Assembly (NCBI GenBank): GCA_963702205.1 | Contig: OY969724.1 | Span: forward strand, 3,328,001-3,392,000 | DNA length: 64,000 bases | Source of the DNA: an uncultured candidate division Zixibacteria bacterium | GTDB lineage: Bacteria; Zixibacteria; MSB-5A5; GN15; PGXB01 | Direction of reading: 5' to 3' | Shown: positions 62,970 through 64,000 of the stretch, one piece after another | Layout of the letters: each line of letters begins with the position of its first letter | How positions within the stretch are numbered: position 1 is the stretch's first letter | Notes under the pieces: model-generated | Databases searched by the model: none | Told to the model about the DNA's origin: nothing | Seen by the model: the letters and a program-made list of their open reading frames with translations, nothing else | Position numbers and translations under genes: made by a program

Positions 62970-64000
62970 TCACTTCAGCAGCAGCATCTTTTCGCTTCTG
63001 GACTGATTGCCAGCTTTGATTCGATAGAAATATATTCCGCTCGATGACTCGCGGCCGGAATCATCCCGACCATCCCAATCGACCGCATGATACCCGACAC
63101 TTTGTTCTTCGTCGACCATGGTCCGAACCTTGCGTCCAAGAATATTATAGATGGACAGGTCCACCGCCTCGCGTTGTGGCAGAACATATTCGATTACGGT
63201 CGAAGCATTGAACGGGTTGGGGTAGTTCTGCGCCAGATACAACTGATCCGGCAATAGACTTGCGATGTCATCATCCAGACCGGTGGCAAGAAAATACTTA
63301 TTGCGGGCCCGGATGGCACTCGAACGAAGCTGATTGATATAATCGGCCCCGATGACGGCGAAGATGGCCGTGTCGGCCTCACCCGGCAGAAGCGTGAACG
63401 GGCCGGTCGCTATAATGTGCGCGAGGTCCTGGTTGATTTCCGCCGTCTGATTGGTATCGACAAAACCGCCGGAAAGAAAATCGAATTTGTCGGCGTCGGG
63501 ATAACCGTGGCGGTTCCAGATATCCCGCTTTAGCACCCGGTACGACTTCGCCCCTTCGAAGTTGATGACCGAAATCCCGCGATACCACGATGAATCTCCG
63601 GTCGGGGTATAATCTCGGAACACGTAGCCCATATTTTCACCCGGCGAAAAATGACCTTCGACATAGGCGTCGTGCCACCGGTAGTACATCCAGTCGAAAT
63701 ATAGACCGATATAAAAATTGGTCAGGATATTAGAACTTTGATTTTTAAAGGCGTACTCCAGCACGACAAAATTGTTATCGGGATAGTTGTTCCAGCTGTA
63801 TGTCCTCTGGCTAATTTTTACCCCAATCGGGTTTTCGGCGAAGCTGTCGTCGAAGTATGAATACGTTTCCTGATCGGCGAACTGCCCCGGCACCGATACG
63901 GCCATCTCTCCCCCGACTCCGATTCTGAAATCTTTTTCGAACTCATCGTCCGGCCCGGTCAGCCCGTCGGAGACCTGATCCGTCGACCGCCCCAGAACCA
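62970..64000 (-). CDS. C-terminal part of a secreted protein with FlgD/T9SS-type C-terminal domain (5' end outside the window)
   Basis: Frame is open to the window edge (VLGRSTDQVSDGLTG...); GPFTLLPGE..T..FAV, LAQNYPNPFNAST, WDGRD..G....SGIYFYR, KMLLLK. Confidence 0.85.
   Translation of the reverse strand, partial: VLGRSTDQVSDGLTGPDDEFEKDFRIGVGGEMAVSVPGQFADQETYSYFDDSFAENPIGVKISQRTYSWNNYPDNNFVVLEYAFKNQSSNILTNFYIGLYFDWMYYRWHDAYVEGHFSPGENMGYVFRDYTPTGDSSWYRGISVINFEGAKSYRVLKRDIWNRHGYPDADKFDFLSGGFVDTNQTAEINQDLAHIIATGPFTLLPGEADTAIFAVIGADYINQLRSSAIRARNKYFLATGLDDDIASLLPDQLYLAQNYPNPFNASTVIEYVLPQREAVDLSIYNILGRKVRTMVDEEQSVGYHAVDWDGRDDSGRESSSGIYFYRIKAGNQSRSEKMLLLK

Overview
Bacterial chromosomal window of moderate GC with AT-rich intergenic gaps; most genes are on the minus strand. 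Gene content (FlgD/T9SS-type 'QNYPNPFNP' C-terminal domains, PorV/PorZ-like proteins, a C25 peptidase, LptE) suggests a diderm of the FCB neighbourhood such as Zixibacteria; this is inference only. In order: start of the dcw cluster (mraZ-rsmH-ftsL-ftsI-murE), a C25 peptidase, a purM-gpmI-lnt-porZ-like-GNAT-3x glycosyltransferase run, a housekeeping run (ftsE-ftsX-envC-holB-ricT-metG-tatD-rsmA-pdxJ-like-rluD), putP plus a TraB/GumN-like gene, a divergent 4-hydroxybutyryl-CoA dehydratase-family gene, a CX3CH heme lipoprotein, a GAF-PP2C phosphatase, comM, ppdK with a histone-like N-terminal tail, and hutU-hutI-lptE-porV-csp. The standout is a ~10.9 kb, 12-gene operon (45379-56238, minus) made of three diverged tandem copies of an uncharacterised four-gene membrane module (FN3+DUF6754-like protein, ~6-TM protein, membrane-anchored alpha/beta protein, ~6-TM protein), with its own promoter and terminator and a divergent candidate sRNA. 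Other points of interest are an apparently catalytically dead PdxJ, a structured comM leader, and three intergenic mosaics of REP/MITE-like palindromes. No rRNA, tRNA, CRISPR array or prophage was recognised. All family calls come from motif recognition by eye, not database searches.
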